A stretch of DNA of 64,000 nucleotides from NCBI GenBank assembly GCA_001599295.1, contig BCGN01000004.1:624138-688137 (forward strand), read 5' to 3'. Below, piece after piece: positions 35,953 to 48,842 of the stretch (positions are counted from its first letter, which is position 1; every line of letters starts with the position of its first letter). Under the pieces are notes generated by a model, which was given only the letters and a program-made list of their open reading frames with translations, made no database searches and had not been told where the DNA came from. The translations under genes were made by a program, and so were the position numbers. This stretch comes from Sporopachydermia quercuum. Its lineage: Eukaryota.

Positions 35953-38755
35953 TCATAATGTAATCCTCGTCCATCTAGCTAAGCGTACGGTATCAGTTCC
36001 AACGTTTCTAACAATACACATATTACTATTATTATCATCTTCACCGTGTCTTTCATATCTTCTGGAATTGGTAGAAATATATGCGATAGCTGTTGGTTTT
36101 CCCTCAAGTAGATTAAAAGTGCCAGTAGTAACAAAGCCAATGAGATATTTCCAATTAGGACATAAATCTGATTCAAATGATCTCACAGATGTGTCCTTTG
36201 GAACCATATATATTCTCGCTCTTTCTTCAATATGGCCTTTATCAATCAACATTAATTTTACTGGAATAACTTTTAACAAACTTATGCTTTCTAGTCCATT
36301 ACTGACAATATTTCTGATCATTGTTTGAGTAGCCCCCTGGGTTCCAGTTGTTACATCAAGCTCATGCAAATTAGGGGACAAAAACTCTGTAATATCCTCT
36401 TTCAAAGAAGTAGTTTGGTTATTTGACTTATAACCAAATTCACTTGATTGATCAAATACCAAAGGGTTACTTATAAGTTTTTTATTCTCTTTCTGCCATT
36501 GCTCATCTAACTTCACTTCAGCTTCTATAACATCATAAACATCCTTCATAACCTTTATATCCTTCTTAAAACCATTCCATGATTCAATAGCAATCGTTGA
36601 GCCCATGTTTCTTTCTTGTTGACGTATCTCCTGCAATACTTCGAATTTCAGCAGGAAATATTCTAATAACTGAAGGTATCTCCAATCACATGCAAAAGGA
36701 TCACCAACTTCACCTAAAGGATAATAATCTTTAACAGTGCCAGAATAATTACCAGCAAGAGTCTCTGCTGAGGTCTTATTTTTGTCTGATTCGATACCGA
36801 ATATACTAACGATAGACTTTTCTTTTTTTGCATCAACTAACTTCAGCTTAGAATACTCGACACGTCTTCCTTTAGGTTTCTTTTCCCATGACGCTTGTAA
36901 CTCAACTTTTCTCTCAGCTTGCCTTACATATCCGCTGTCTAAGAAAGGATAATCGTCAGGAAAATATAGGTTTCCCTTTTCAAATGCAAGCTGATGCTTT
37001 TGATCTAATCCTCCTAAATGAATATCAGGAATATGAACTAATGAATACCAAATTGGCAGACTCCAAAACCATGGAAATAATACTGTGAGATAACTGCGAC
37101 TTCTTTTGCAAATAACGATTGGTATATTAGGATCTGTGGCTTCAGTTATAATATGTTTACCTGGTTCAACTTCTTGCTTTCTTTTATGCAATTGTTTTAA
37201 CGATAACTGACTGTTATATGAGCTGTGTCTACCGATGATCGAAAACAATGAATTTCTACCAAAGGGAGTATTCTTCAGAGGATCAACAAAATGCTTATTC
37301 CAATCAACTAGTAGATCTATCTTTTTATCGTCATTCAAGGTGGATTTCAACTTCTTAGGTGGATAGCTGAATCTTGGGTCAGTGACCGATAAGTTGATCA
37401 CAGCATTTTGAGGTAGAGATGAAATACTGTTGAACCCATAAAGGTCGTCCCACGACGATTGTATGAAAGGTTTATCAAAGGCTTTATAAGGTCTTAGAGC
37501 CATGGTTAAAGCGGCTAGAGCTTTAGGTCCTGAGATGTCAAAAGAGCCAATGGAATATCTGCAATCATATACTATAAGCCTTAGAGCTGGTAGAGCATCT
37601 TTTGATATAGAAAGATTCTTGACGATCGAAAATACTTGCTTATAAATAGCAGGATGTGTTCTAATTAAACCTCTGTATGGATCAGATTTATTAGGATTGG
37701 GTTCCACATAAATCAAGGCTTCACCAACGGGTTTCGCTTCTGGTGAAGTATCATAGACCCAACCTTCCCAACATCTTTTCCCATCAGCTATTGATTTTCC
37801 CTTACACTTGCTGTTGGTAAGAGTACGAAAACATTCTATGATCGTCTCAAGTACAGGTGATTCTACTATTATTGTCCCATGATATGTTGAATCAAATAAC
37901 ACTGCTCCTGTTCGAGAATCAGCCCTATGGATAGAACGATAAGACTTTTGTGTTGGGTGTACTGGGATAGAATAACCCCATTGCTTGACCATATGAGCTC
38001 TCTTAGCATGCCAAACGTGTGTTGGAAGCCAAGTATTACTTTTCTGTCTGTTGGCATATCGAGCTTTTCCTATTGGCGCGGGTGCAAGACTACCTATAGC
38101 TGTGTGATCATAAGCTGAAAGAGTATTCGCGACTTTCAGATCATTTCCTTCTTCAGTCTGAGAAACATTATCAGGCCGAGCCAAGCCTGAGAGTTGTTGA
38201 TATTTGCTTGCAGCACGTAATAACTTATTAATTGTCCTTTGACGATATAAANCTCTCCCTCTTAAATGCTTCTTCTTCTTTGGAACAACAGAAAGGTTAT
38301 CAACCTTCATTTCATGGATAGCTTTCTTACGTAGTCTCTTTGGTACGCGTTTCACATTATGTGAAGCAGTACGTCTTCTTAAGCTCCGCGGAACTTTCTG
38401 AAATGCCCGTTTTTTGGCTGCTGTTTGAGAATTGATTTGTGTTCTTTGCAATTGATGTATTTCATAGTCTCTTGCAGCTATGAAACTTGCTACATCTAGA
38501 TACCCGTCTTTCAATGCTATTAAAACGAAAGGGAATGTTAGTAAATCAGTTACTGGAACGAGGCCAAACAGTCCAAAAAAAAAAAAAAAAGCTATAGAGA
38601 GTCATCAATATCGATATTTTGATATACCGCCCATAACGCAACATACCTGGATCCAAGCTTTGGTTTCTGATTTTACGTGAATCAGCTAACCTAGCCCGCT
38701 TAAAGGCTTTTCGCTGTTCAGATGAGGCAGCTGAACCAGATGAAGAAGAGGACAT
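35953..38755 (-). CDS. POP1: RNase P/MRP subunit Pop1; exons 38755-38647 and 38516-35953
   Basis: Motifs RAFQKVPRSLRRRTASHNVKRVPKRLR and WLPTHVWHAKRAHM. The intron GTATGT...TACTAAC...TAG gives SLDPALKDGYLDV. Confidence 0.94.
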
Positions 38756-39342
38756 TTTCTGATAAATTATCTATTAATATAACTCCATAGCTACCAAGAA
38801 TAAGTTTCAGATGATTGAGGCTTCCTTTTGATTAGCCACAACCTCTTTTTTATAGAAATTCTGCTTGTACCATTATATTGGTTGGATAGTTGATTTATCT
38901 CAATTAGCCTTCAAATTGTAAGATATATTTTCAATTGTATCACAATGAGTTGAGACGCGTTGTCAAAGCGTACAAAACATAAAAATAAAGAGGATTATGT
39001 AATCTATAAAAGACAGGGGAACGTTGGATACGAAAAATTCTACAAATAAGGTTTCTTTTACTTCAACGAGAATATGCAGGAACTACCCATGAGGTAAATA
39101 GTGATTTGATTCTTGGTAGCTGAGGAGATTAATGTAGTTGTTAACGAGATAATGAGTCAAAATAACAGTAAGAATCATCTAGTCTGTTTAACTCCCCTAG
39201 AAGTTCCGTTCCTGAGTACTCAAATTTTATATCCCGATGTTACTCATTTCAGTTGAATGACCATTCTTCTCATATTGAACTAAATTGAACTAACATACTA
39301 GCATTGCAGCAAAGCTGCATTAAAATGGAACCTTATATTTCT

Positions 39343-39358
39343 TTCGGGTTCGCCCGAA
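39343..39358. promoter_or_regulatory. Ppr1/UaY-type zinc-cluster site TTCGG-N6-CCGAA in the POP1/ADE12 divergent promoter
   Basis: The sequence TTCGG GTTCGC CCGAA has perfect inverted arms. Confidence 0.45.
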
Positions 39359-39725
39359 CAGCGTTTACTAGGAGGTTTTCTTGAAAATATAGCAATATAA
39401 TATGTTAAAATAATATAAAAGTATAGCTTAACTAGAATCAAATTGAATAAAAATCGTTGTAGAAACTCGTGGTTGCTGAATTATAATATATATCGGAAAG
39501 GATCCAGAAAAAATTCATCAAAAGCTCGAATAGTTCAAATTAGTTCATTCAGTCCAAAAGTAGTGTCCGGCTTTTGAAACGGGAGAGTTTTTCACAGAGT
39601 ACATGTCTGTCATCCTCCATTTTCAATGTACATCTTGAATCGTTGCTCCTTAGAATGGCTTCTAGAACTGAAGAAAAAAAGCAAGTCAAGCAAAAACCAA
39701 TTATCTACTGAAAAAGTGATCCAAA

Positions 39726-39734
39726 ATGACTCAT
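39726..39734. promoter_or_regulatory. Gcn4/Bas1-type site ATGACTCAT upstream of ADE12 (second site ATGAGTCAA at 39152-39160)
   Basis: Perfect match to the Gcn4 consensus, upstream of a purine biosynthesis gene. Confidence 0.5.
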
Positions 39735-40443
39735 TATGGCCTATAGTATAGGATTATCCGTCATTTCTTCGCAAACTAAACAGTACTGGAGAAGCTCCCG
39801 AGAATCTGTTGGTCCATTTAACCTTTTGTTAAAAATGCTACATCCTTTGCATGGTTTGAGCATACAACCTGCATGAAGCTCCGACATATCCATATCACAA
39901 TGAGCTACAGCTTTACAAGAAATCAATCGATTCAAACATATGTAGCCATCACAGTTTACCAACTACCATAAGTTATGTAAACAGAAAAGTTTTAAAAAAC
40001 GATTTATTAAATGTCCCAGCAAAATCTTGCAATCCCTTGTCTTCTGTTAGGCCTCTCCCAATAAAGAAGCCTACATATTTATGCGTCATACTTGCAGATG
40101 TTTAGCGCGTCCTTCAGATTTTTTACAACCTAGAAAACCCCCATTTTTTCATTTGAACCATTCTTTCTTTCAACTGAAGAATTATATATAATCGGCAGAC
40201 TGAGTGTTTGTTCAGGTTTAATTGGTAATCAATTTTATTGATTCTTGATTCAAAGTTTTATTCCATAAAACTTTTATTAGATTTCTGTTTTGTTATTTGT
40301 TCCATCTACTAAGATTTTCTTAGATATAGAACTAGAATTCGAGGCGTCCACGTTGGGTAGCAATACTGACTGATTGAATTACCAGTCTTAGGATTACTTC
40401 AATTGAAGATTAAAAGAGATTCTATTTATTTCATCGGAACAAA

Positions 40444-41861
40444 ATGTGTGATGTTGTATTAGGAGCTCAATGGGGTGATGAAGGAAAGGGAAAGCTTGTT
40501 GATATTCTTTGTGAAGATATCGACGTGTGTGCTAGATGCCAAGTATGTAATTATGATAGTTAGAGATGTAGATGGAGATGAAGATGAAGGTCCAGATGAA
40601 GGCCTAGATTCTTCAGAGAACAAACAAAAGTGCGAATATCGCTGATTAATGGTGAAAAAATCTAACAAGTTTTTATCAGGGTGGGAACAACGCTGGACAT
40701 ACTATTGTGGTTAACGGTGTAAAGTATGATTTTCATATGCTTCCTTCAGGATTAGTAAATCCTAAATGTCAAAACTTGATTGGAAATGGTGTTGTTGTCC
40801 ATATTCCAAGCTTCTTCGAGGAGTTGGAAACCATTGAAAAGAAAGGTCTCAACTGTAGGGATCGATTATTTGTTTCGTCAAGAGCTCATATTGTTTTTGA
40901 CTTCCATCAAAGAACTGATAAGCTGAAAGAAGCTGAATTATCGACCAGTAAAAAGGCAATTGGCACTACTGGTAAAGGTATTGGTCCGACTTATTCNACC
41001 AAAGCTTCAAGATCTGGTATCAGAATTCATCATTTAGTTTCTCAAGAGCCTGGTTCTTGGGACGAATTCAAATTGAGATTGCAAAGATTGATTGACTCAA
41101 GAAAGAAGAGATATGGTGATTTTGATTGCGACTTTGATGCTGAAGTTGAAAGGTATAAAGTCTTAGCAGAAAAGATCCGTCCTTTTGTTGTTGACTCTAT
41201 TGCTTTCATGCATAATGCTATCAAGGAAAAGAAGAAGATTTTGGTTGAAGGCGCTAATGCACTCATGCTTGATATCGACTTTGGTACTTATCCTTATGTT
41301 ACCTCTTCAAGTACCGGCATTGGTGGTGTTTTAACTGGTTTGGGTATCCCACCAAGAGCTATCCGTAATATTTATGGTGTTGTTAAAGCTTACACTACCA
41401 GAGTTGGTGAGGGTCCCTTCCCTACTGAACAGCTTAATGAAGTTGGTGAACACCTACAAACTGTTGGTGCTGAATACGGTGTTACAACTGGTAGAAAGAG
41501 AAGATGTGGTTGGCTAGACTTAGTTGTTCTGAAATACTCTACTTTAATCAATGGTTACACTTCATTGAATATCACCAAGTTAGATGTTTTGGATCAATTA
41601 CCCGAAATAAAAGTCGGCGTAAAGTATATTCATAAAGGCAAAGATGTTGAGTTGTTCCCTGAAGATTTGAACTTTTTAGCCAATGTTGACGTTGAGTATG
41701 CCACTCTTCCTGGTTGGCAACAGGATACTACAAAGATTACAAAATACTCTGATTTACCTGAAAATGCAAAGAAATACATCGAATACATTGAAAACTTTGT
41801 TGATGTGAAAGTTGACTGGGTTGGTGTGGGTCCCGGTAGAGATAGCATGTTGAAGAAATAA
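40444..41861 (+). CDS. ADE12: Adenylosuccinate synthetase; exons 40444-40542 and 40680-41861
   Basis: [20 protein letters not shown]...[12 protein letters not shown] across the intron GTATGT...TCTAAC...CAG; also [14 protein letters not shown]. Confidence 0.98.
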
Positions 41862-42182
41862 GCAAATTTGGTGGTTTGGCTATTTTCTCCTCGTCTCACT
41901 TTGATATTTTAGTGTACTAGATAATATTGTTCAATTATCTTTCTTGAGTTATTGATGGTTTTCGTAATATAAACAAGGCATTAGATTATGATAACTTTGA
42001 GCTGCAATCATAAATATATTTAGATATATATACATTAGTGAACTTCTAAGTATTGTATTAGAATAGATAGGTTTATCGTAAGATTTCATTGAAANCAAAT
42101 ATGCATGATGAATGTATATTTCTAATGCATGATATTAAGTCTAAACAAATCTCTCTAAGGCATACCCATCCATTTGATTCTA

Positions 42183-44780
42183 CTATTTCACTCGTTTAAA
42201 CAAGCAATAATCATTGTAAACAATATGATAATTAGGTATCAACCATTGGAATGCTTCAGGAACATAAAGAAGCTTACTAATGCCTGACTTTTCATTGTCA
42301 ATTATCTTAGTACATGTTATCTTCTCCCAGGTCAATCCATGGTTTGTCCCGATGCTCTCTTCAATCTCTCTCACATTTGTTCGCTCATCTGTGGAACTCC
42401 TATCATTTAGATCTATTTCCGTTTCATCTTCACCTAAAGCTAACTCAATGTTCAACTCATAATGTTCAATATCTTTTTGCTTTATCTCATTAGCAATATC
42501 ATCTTCTAATGATTCAAAGCTAAGTTCATGATTATGAATAGCTCTTTCAAAATCTGCTAATGCAAAAACATCAATCTCACCATCTCTTGTTGACACTTCC
42601 TTATCAACATCAATAGCATAGTCACACATAGTAAAAGGTACGATCTTATCCCAATCAAATTCATTTCTATTATTCATGCCCTTTGGTATTTCATGAGTAC
42701 CAGGTAGTTTGAACTCTTGGAAAAGATATTCAAAAATATGGACCAAAGTGAAACTGGATTGTTCATCGTTAATTGTCTCCAGGACAACAGGTGATATTAA
42801 ATTTAAGTCTGGTTCAGCAAAATCACCTGGTAATAAGCCATTAAAACCTGATTTTATGAACTTCATTCTCATAGAATCAGGAATGAAATACGATGAAGGA
42901 TATCTATACCATTCTCTTCCTAAACATAGGTTTCCTTCACTATCATTTGAAATATGTTTATATATTTCTAAAGGACCTGAATAGTAGACATATAATGATG
43001 CTGTACGTGATAAGGATACTATCACATATAAACCTAGCAGTAAAACTGACAGTGATTTCTTTAGATTCAGCTTACCTATCAGTTTAGTAGCTCTTTCTTT
43101 GGAGAACAGTAGGACCGACAGGATAATTGTAGATACAGATTCGATAAAACCAATAACACCAGGAGCTGCTATAGCAGCAGCTAAACATATAGTAGAATAA
43201 ACAGGATAGAAGAACCGTTCTTCTTTATGAGGTTGAGGCACGAAAATTGCTGCCCAAAGATATAGAGGACTAACGATGAAAAGGATATCAGAAAGCGTAA
43301 CTGAATTCGGAAGTACACTTCTATCATAGCAGAATTTCCTTATGATGATAATCACTGGTGTAAGAATAGCAAGTATTATGACAATATTGAAATTAAGTAG
43401 GAAGTTCAATACATAATAAATCCATGGTTCAGTTCCAAATATCTCTGGACCAACTATAGCTTCTGTTTCACCGTTATTGAAAACATTATAATATATAATG
43501 TTTAAAGGTATAAATAAAACTTTGCTTGAAATCGTTTCGATTATTCTCTGCGCCAATGATGATACATCAGTAATAGGAACTAGAGATCTAGAAGGTTTTA
43601 GGTCAAACACACTGTCTAGGTGATAGAATGCTCTGTCAGCGCTTATGACAGCAAAACTAGAAAGTAATATGGTTATTATCGAGGAAACAATAATAGGAAT
43701 GAGTATTTTTCTCAGTATGTACTGTGGGGATTGGTGATAGTCCGTCGATCCTATTCTACTGCTATTGATTCTATTGCTTCCATCATTTGATTGATCTAAT
43801 GACATAATTCTTAATTTCATCTCCAAATCATCAACAATGATTTCAGAACCAGCAGAATGAATGTCATCAAACGTATCGTCGATCAATGAACCATTTTCCT
43901 TATAATATTTACCATCTTGATCATGATAGAATCCATACTTAGCGTATCCTTCTTGTAGAGAAATAGTACCATTGATCATTTCAGAATTGGTTCTTGTTTC
44001 TTTCATTATGACATTATCGTTAGATGGTAATGCGATACTTGGTTTATCATTAAAGTAACCAAAAGAAAATAGAGCCTGAATGAATATAATATAAGCTAAG
44101 AATGGAACAGCGATTGCCCATTGGAATGGCCAACCCAAGCATCCTCCTACCCACAGTTGTGAGATTGCCCAAATAGCATAAGAATTAGTTATATTATTGA
44201 ACAATAGTAAAGGCCCTTCTGAATGGAATCTTATAAACTGAATGATGTTACTCGTTGCAAGGGTGACCATATTCATTGAAAACGACGAAGGAAGAAAAGC
44301 AGTCGATGCATGATACATTCCAGTTGAAAATAAACTAAATGTTAGATAAAACACCGCTACTGTCAATGAAATCTTTATTCTCAACGTAGAGAACAATCTA
44401 TACTCTGTATATGATGTCCATAGTGCTAATACTATTCGAACAAAATAGAAATATAGAATCTTGTTATTAGGAACGAAATTAAGTTGATCAACGTTTCTGA
44501 AGATAAATGATTTAAGTATTCTAAAACTCATGAACTTTCTACCAGCTAATTCTATCAGTGAATATAAACTAGCATAAGCCCACGATCTTATAGCAAATTC
44601 TGGTGAATATTCCCACGTTTGCTTGCCGAAGTAATGAGTGAGATAATGAGTGGCTTCCCAGTAGTTAAATACTTCATCGCAGTCAGCAATTATTGAATAC
44701 AAAGAATAGATTATTCTTATGGTTGCAATGGTTGCAAATGTCTGAATTGGACTATTCAATATCATGTCTAATAGAAGCAT
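42183..44780 (-). CDS. ALG9: Dol-P-Man alpha-1,2-mannosyltransferase (GT22) with long insertions
   Basis: IADCDEVFNYWE, QTWEYSPEFAIRSWAY, QPHKEERFFYPVY and CLGREWYRYPSSYF motifs. Confidence 0.95.
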   Translation of the reverse strand: MLLLDMILNSPIQTFATIATIRIIYSLYSIIADCDEVFNYWEATHYLTHYFGKQTWEYSPEFAIRSWAYASLYSLIELAGRKFMSFRILKSFIFRNVDQLNFVPNNKILYFYFVRIVLALWTSYTEYRLFSTLRIKISLTVAVFYLTFSLFSTGMYHASTAFLPSSFSMNMVTLATSNIIQFIRFHSEGPLLLFNNITNSYAIWAISQLWVGGCLGWPFQWAIAVPFLAYIIFIQALFSFGYFNDKPSIALPSNDNVIMKETRTNSEMINGTISLQEGYAKYGFYHDQDGKYYKENGSLIDDTFDDIHSAGSEIIVDDLEMKLRIMSLDQSNDGSNRINSSRIGSTDYHQSPQYILRKILIPIIVSSIITILLSSFAVISADRAFYHLDSVFDLKPSRSLVPITDVSSLAQRIIETISSKVLFIPLNIIYYNVFNNGETEAIVGPEIFGTEPWIYYVLNFLLNFNIVIILAILTPVIIIIRKFCYDRSVLPNSVTLSDILFIVSPLYLWAAIFVPQPHKEERFFYPVYSTICLAAAIAAPGVIGFIESVSTIILSVLLFSKERATKLIGKLNLKKSLSVLLLGLYVIVSLSRTASLYVYYSGPLEIYKHISNDSEGNLCLGREWYRYPSSYFIPDSMRMKFIKSGFNGLLPGDFAEPDLNLISPVVLETINDEQSSFTLVHIFEYLFQEFKLPGTHEIPKGMNNRNEFDWDKIVPFTMCDYAIDVDKEVSTRDGEIDVFALADFERAIHNHELSFESLEDDIANEIKQKDIEHYELNIELALGEDETEIDLNDRSSTDERTNVREIEESIGTNHGLTWEKITCTKIIDNEKSGISKLLYVPEAFQWLIPNYHIVYNDYCLFKRVK

Positions 44781-45936
44781 TTTGAATTTATGCTCTTGTA
44801 ATTGCTTTTGATGACAATGTTAGTCAAGCTTTGCTGGTCTTTTTCTTTCAACTCATCCATTCGAATATAAACAGTTCAGTTGATAATCGAATCTCCAATT
44901 CCCAATATGCTGTAACTTATTTTCTTTTGTCCACTCAACTAATTCAAACAATCAATAAAATTTTATCAAATAATATCATTTCTCTCGTACAGTTGAGACT
45001 CATCAAATGATTTGATGAACAAATCAATCTATGCTATTCAGAGAGAATCAAAACTCAAAACATATATGTTATGTTCACAATTTGTTTTTGCTCTTTTCGC
45101 TCTTTTCGTTTCATAGAAAACCAACAAACCTGATCAGAGTTCATGGATTCTCGTTTCCATTATTATCATTATCAATTTAGATCTACCAAATTTTTGAAGG
45201 TTCATGTAATTCGTTGGTTAAATGTCCTAACTCATGAACAGGTTGATGATTTTTATTGATTTTTCAGATTTCGTGTTTATCATCGGCTACTGCCAAAATA
45301 GGTAAGAATTTATCATAACATAACGAATATGAAAAAGCACATGCAAATCAAAGAGATGATGATGAATAGAAGAGTATGGTAATAATATTGTTTAATAGAT
45401 GAATAAGCGAGGTTGAATAGAAATTAAATAAATTAATGATGGTGGTTGAAGGCAAGCAATAAATGCATAAGAAGCTCTGAAAGAATAGTACCTGATTAAG
45501 AACTGCAAGTACAACTAGGTGGGAGCTATAGGAAATATAGCAATACAGATAATCTACATTATTGAGAAAAGAATAATAAATACGAAACCATGCATTGATT
45601 GTAACAAAAAGACTATTAGAATAGTTATAAATATTACCATGAGTTTATAAATAAAATAACAGAACACCCAGAGAAGAATTTCATGAAGGAGCAGTAAGGA
45701 GTTTGATGTGTAACGAGTTAACTCTTAGTTACGAATCAATAAAATCGTATACATCCGGTAGAGCTGTCATCAAAAACTAAAATAGCTTCCTTATCGGATT
45801 GAAATCTTCAACATAATGCAAAACACGATAGTGATGTGAAGGTGCACTTGATAAAGAAAAAACAAACTTCTATCGAATATTTGATAACATTCCATCTTAA
45901 TTATTCACCAGACAAAAACCCATTCAACTTTACAAT

Positions 45937-46406
45937 TTATTTATCAGCGATAGGATAAAAAGTGGGATAATGGAATCTTGATGTTTGTTAGTAAATACAA
46001 TGAATCATAATAAAACTGAGCCTCACACGACTGTTCGGCTATAAACTGGCCTAAACAATTATTCTTTCAAAACATACCTTCCATCATTGTAGACAGAATC
46101 TTTTGGATCCCAGCCTTCAACATCCTTCATGATTTCCTTCTCCTTTGCTAATTGACTATAATATCGTCGGACAGTATCACGATCAACCTCAGCTTGTAAT
46201 AAAGGTTGAATGTAAATTCTTGACCAAAGCTTTTCTCTTTTTAATTCCCGTCTTTCATGAATAGCACTGTATGTAACATAGAATCCGTATCCACAGAGTC
46301 CAATTAATCCTGCTAGCCAAATCTTAGGTCTGAATCCTCTTGATGGCAAATTTCTCTTCCATTGAACGGGTTCGTACCCTCCCACGGGTGGCATATCTTG
46401 GACCAT
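45937..46406 (-). CDS. Complex I accessory subunit NDUFA13/GRIM-19 (NB6M); exons 46406-46078 and 45976-45937
   Basis: MVQDMPPVGGYEPVQWKRNLPSRGFRP...PLLQAEVDRD. The intron GTATGT...TACTAAC...AAG gives the C-terminus YNDGRFHYPTFYPIADK*. Confidence 0.93.
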
Positions 46407-47317
46407 TTTTAATTTCTGACTATTCGTTTATTGATGTGTTTTTTAATGTATCTTGTGATTCTATACTAGTCTCCGCCTATTGTATATCCACTTAACCCAA
46501 TATTCATCCAACAACTACTCCGAAATACTGCTGAATGCACTTCCAAGCTTCTCTCGTAAACTGGATTAACAAACTGTCAAATATTTTTATATAGCTGAAT
46601 ATCTATCTAGTTTCTTATCTTGCATTGTAGATAACTATCAACATAATGTTTCTCTTCCACATAAAAGACCGATCAAGCCAATTAAAATGTGCAATTAATA
46701 ATTTCCATACATTTAACACCCACTCACCTCCAAATACTACTTTATACATAGGGGGATGTCTCAAGATCATTAATTTACACATAACATCTCACTTCAAACA
46801 AACCCCCACAGTCTCATTTCCCATGCATGTATTATATCTCTACTTTTCTTACAACCTTTGATAAGAAAGCAAGATGATTACCACGGAAAGGACTAAAGAA
46901 ATAGAGAAAAACTGTTAATTGTATATCAGATTTTTATGTAACTACTATTAATTGAGTAGATAAAATATACAGATAGTATTTTTTGATAGGTTTCATTATT
47001 GATAATGTGAGATAGATCATTCATTACTCAAGTCGGCTCATTTTGATTTACCCGAAGCAGGTTTAAAGTTTGTCGTTCTGACATTTGCTTTTGAGAATGA
47101 TTTAGGCAGTAGGACCGCACCAATGTCATAGCTAAAGCTATTGAATTACAAGGATACTAGATTATCTATGGAGTGTTTGGCAAACAATGTGTCAAGATAA
47201 TATTTCATATATGAAGTTTCATTAGTTTTGTTTGTTCGTAGAAGCTGCAAGATAGAATAAGTGAATTACTGGTGGCTTTCACTGTTGTATTGTTTCTATG
47301 ACTCATATTGACTCATA

Positions 47318-48386
47318 ATGACAACAGGAACAACTACCAAAATTACTACCAAAGAACAGGTAGAAGCTCTTCTCAGCAAATACACATATTTTTTGTTTGA
47401 TTGCGATGGGGTTCTATGGACAGGAAATACCCTTTTGCCTCATGTTGTCGAGACATTAGATTTGTTAAGAGCCCGAGGAAAGAAACTTATCTTTGTTACC
47501 AACAATTCAACAAAATCTCGTCAAGCTTATACCAAGAAGTTTGCCAAGTTCGGTTTAACAGTTTCTAAAGTACGTTGAAAATTATTTAAGTGCTTTTACA
47601 TATTCTTTTGTTGTTATTAGAAAGATTAACTAATTGGGTTGTTTAGGAGGAAATATTTGGTTCGGCCTATGCATCAGCTATTTATTTGGATAGAGTTGTA
47701 AACTATCCTAAAGATAAGAAGGTTCTTGTGGTCGGAGAATCAGGTATTGAAGAAGAATTAGAAGAAGTAGGAATAAAATATGTTGGTGGAACAGTATGTT
47801 TTTTTGTTAATTTTTTCTGGATCAATGTTGTACGTGTTCTATTTATTAACAGATTTTTACACTATAGGATCCCAAGCTAAACAGGGATATTACTGACGAG
47901 GATAGAAAAACATTGGCCTACAATCCAGAGATTGGAGCTGTGCTCGCTGGTTTAGATACTCATTTTAATTATTTGAAAATGGCAAACGCTTTACTACAGA
48001 TTCAAAATCCTTCAACATTATTCGTTGCTACTAATATTGATTCTACTTACCCAAGTGAAGGTAAACTATTACCTGGAGCTGGATCAATCATTCATACACT
48101 AGTTTATGCTTCTGGAAGAACACCTATTGCTTGTGGTAAGCCTTCAAACACTATGATGGATTGTATCAAAGCGAAATATCATTTTCAACCTGATGAGGCA
48201 TGTATGATTGGTGATAGACTAAATACGGATATGAAGTTTGCAAAGAATGGTGGATTAGGTAGCTTTATGGTCTTGACAGGTGTTGATAAAGAAGAAACGA
48301 TTCTTTCAACCGATCCTAAACCTTTGGTGCACCCAGATTATTATGCAGATAGACTTGGTGTCTTATATGAATTACTTAGAGATTAG
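47318..48386 (+). CDS. PHO13: HAD-IIA p-nitrophenyl/phosphoglycolate phosphatase; exons 47318-47569, 47647-47793 and 47868-48386
   Basis: [25 protein letters not shown] and [12 protein letters not shown] motifs. Two phase-0 introns (donors GTACGT and GTATGT). Confidence 0.95.
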
Positions 48387-48836
48387 ATCTGTAACACTTA
48401 ATTATTACAATTTGTTTTATAAAGATATTATGGCGCAAAGATTCTAAGAATAAGAAAAATGTAGCACTGATGAGATAGCTTTGATAATTGATTTTTTTTT
48501 AGCTCTTTTAAAGTTCTGGTAAATCTACTGCTATTTAAGTTCAACTTCTTAAATGAGATATATGCAGCTAGGTGCATATAGCTGCATGAATTAGATTCAT
48601 AGTAAAGTGACTGATGCCGCAACGTTTATAACAATGATTCCTTGGTAAAGACATGGTAGTAAATTGTTTTAAATACTTTCAATGATCAGCANTGATATTT
48701 GTATTTTATTATCATTAATATACAACGATGGAGCTAATTTTTTGGTGTTGGCAATTACCACCATCTCCTAACTACCTCAATAAAGTAGCCTGCACTTATC
48801 TTTATATTCACATGTAGTTATTGAGGCAAACTTTAG

Positions 48837-48842
48837 ACGCGT
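48837..48842. promoter_or_regulatory. MCB element ACGCGT about 185 bp upstream of MGS1 (another at 38955-38960 upstream of POP1)
   Basis: Exact MluI cell-cycle box upstream of a replication/repair gene. Confidence 0.4.

Noticed and set aside
40444..41861. Alternative CUG decoding (Ser or Ala)
   Set aside because: CTG falls at conserved Leu positions (TDKLKE and VVLKYS in Ade12), which is consistent with the standard code.
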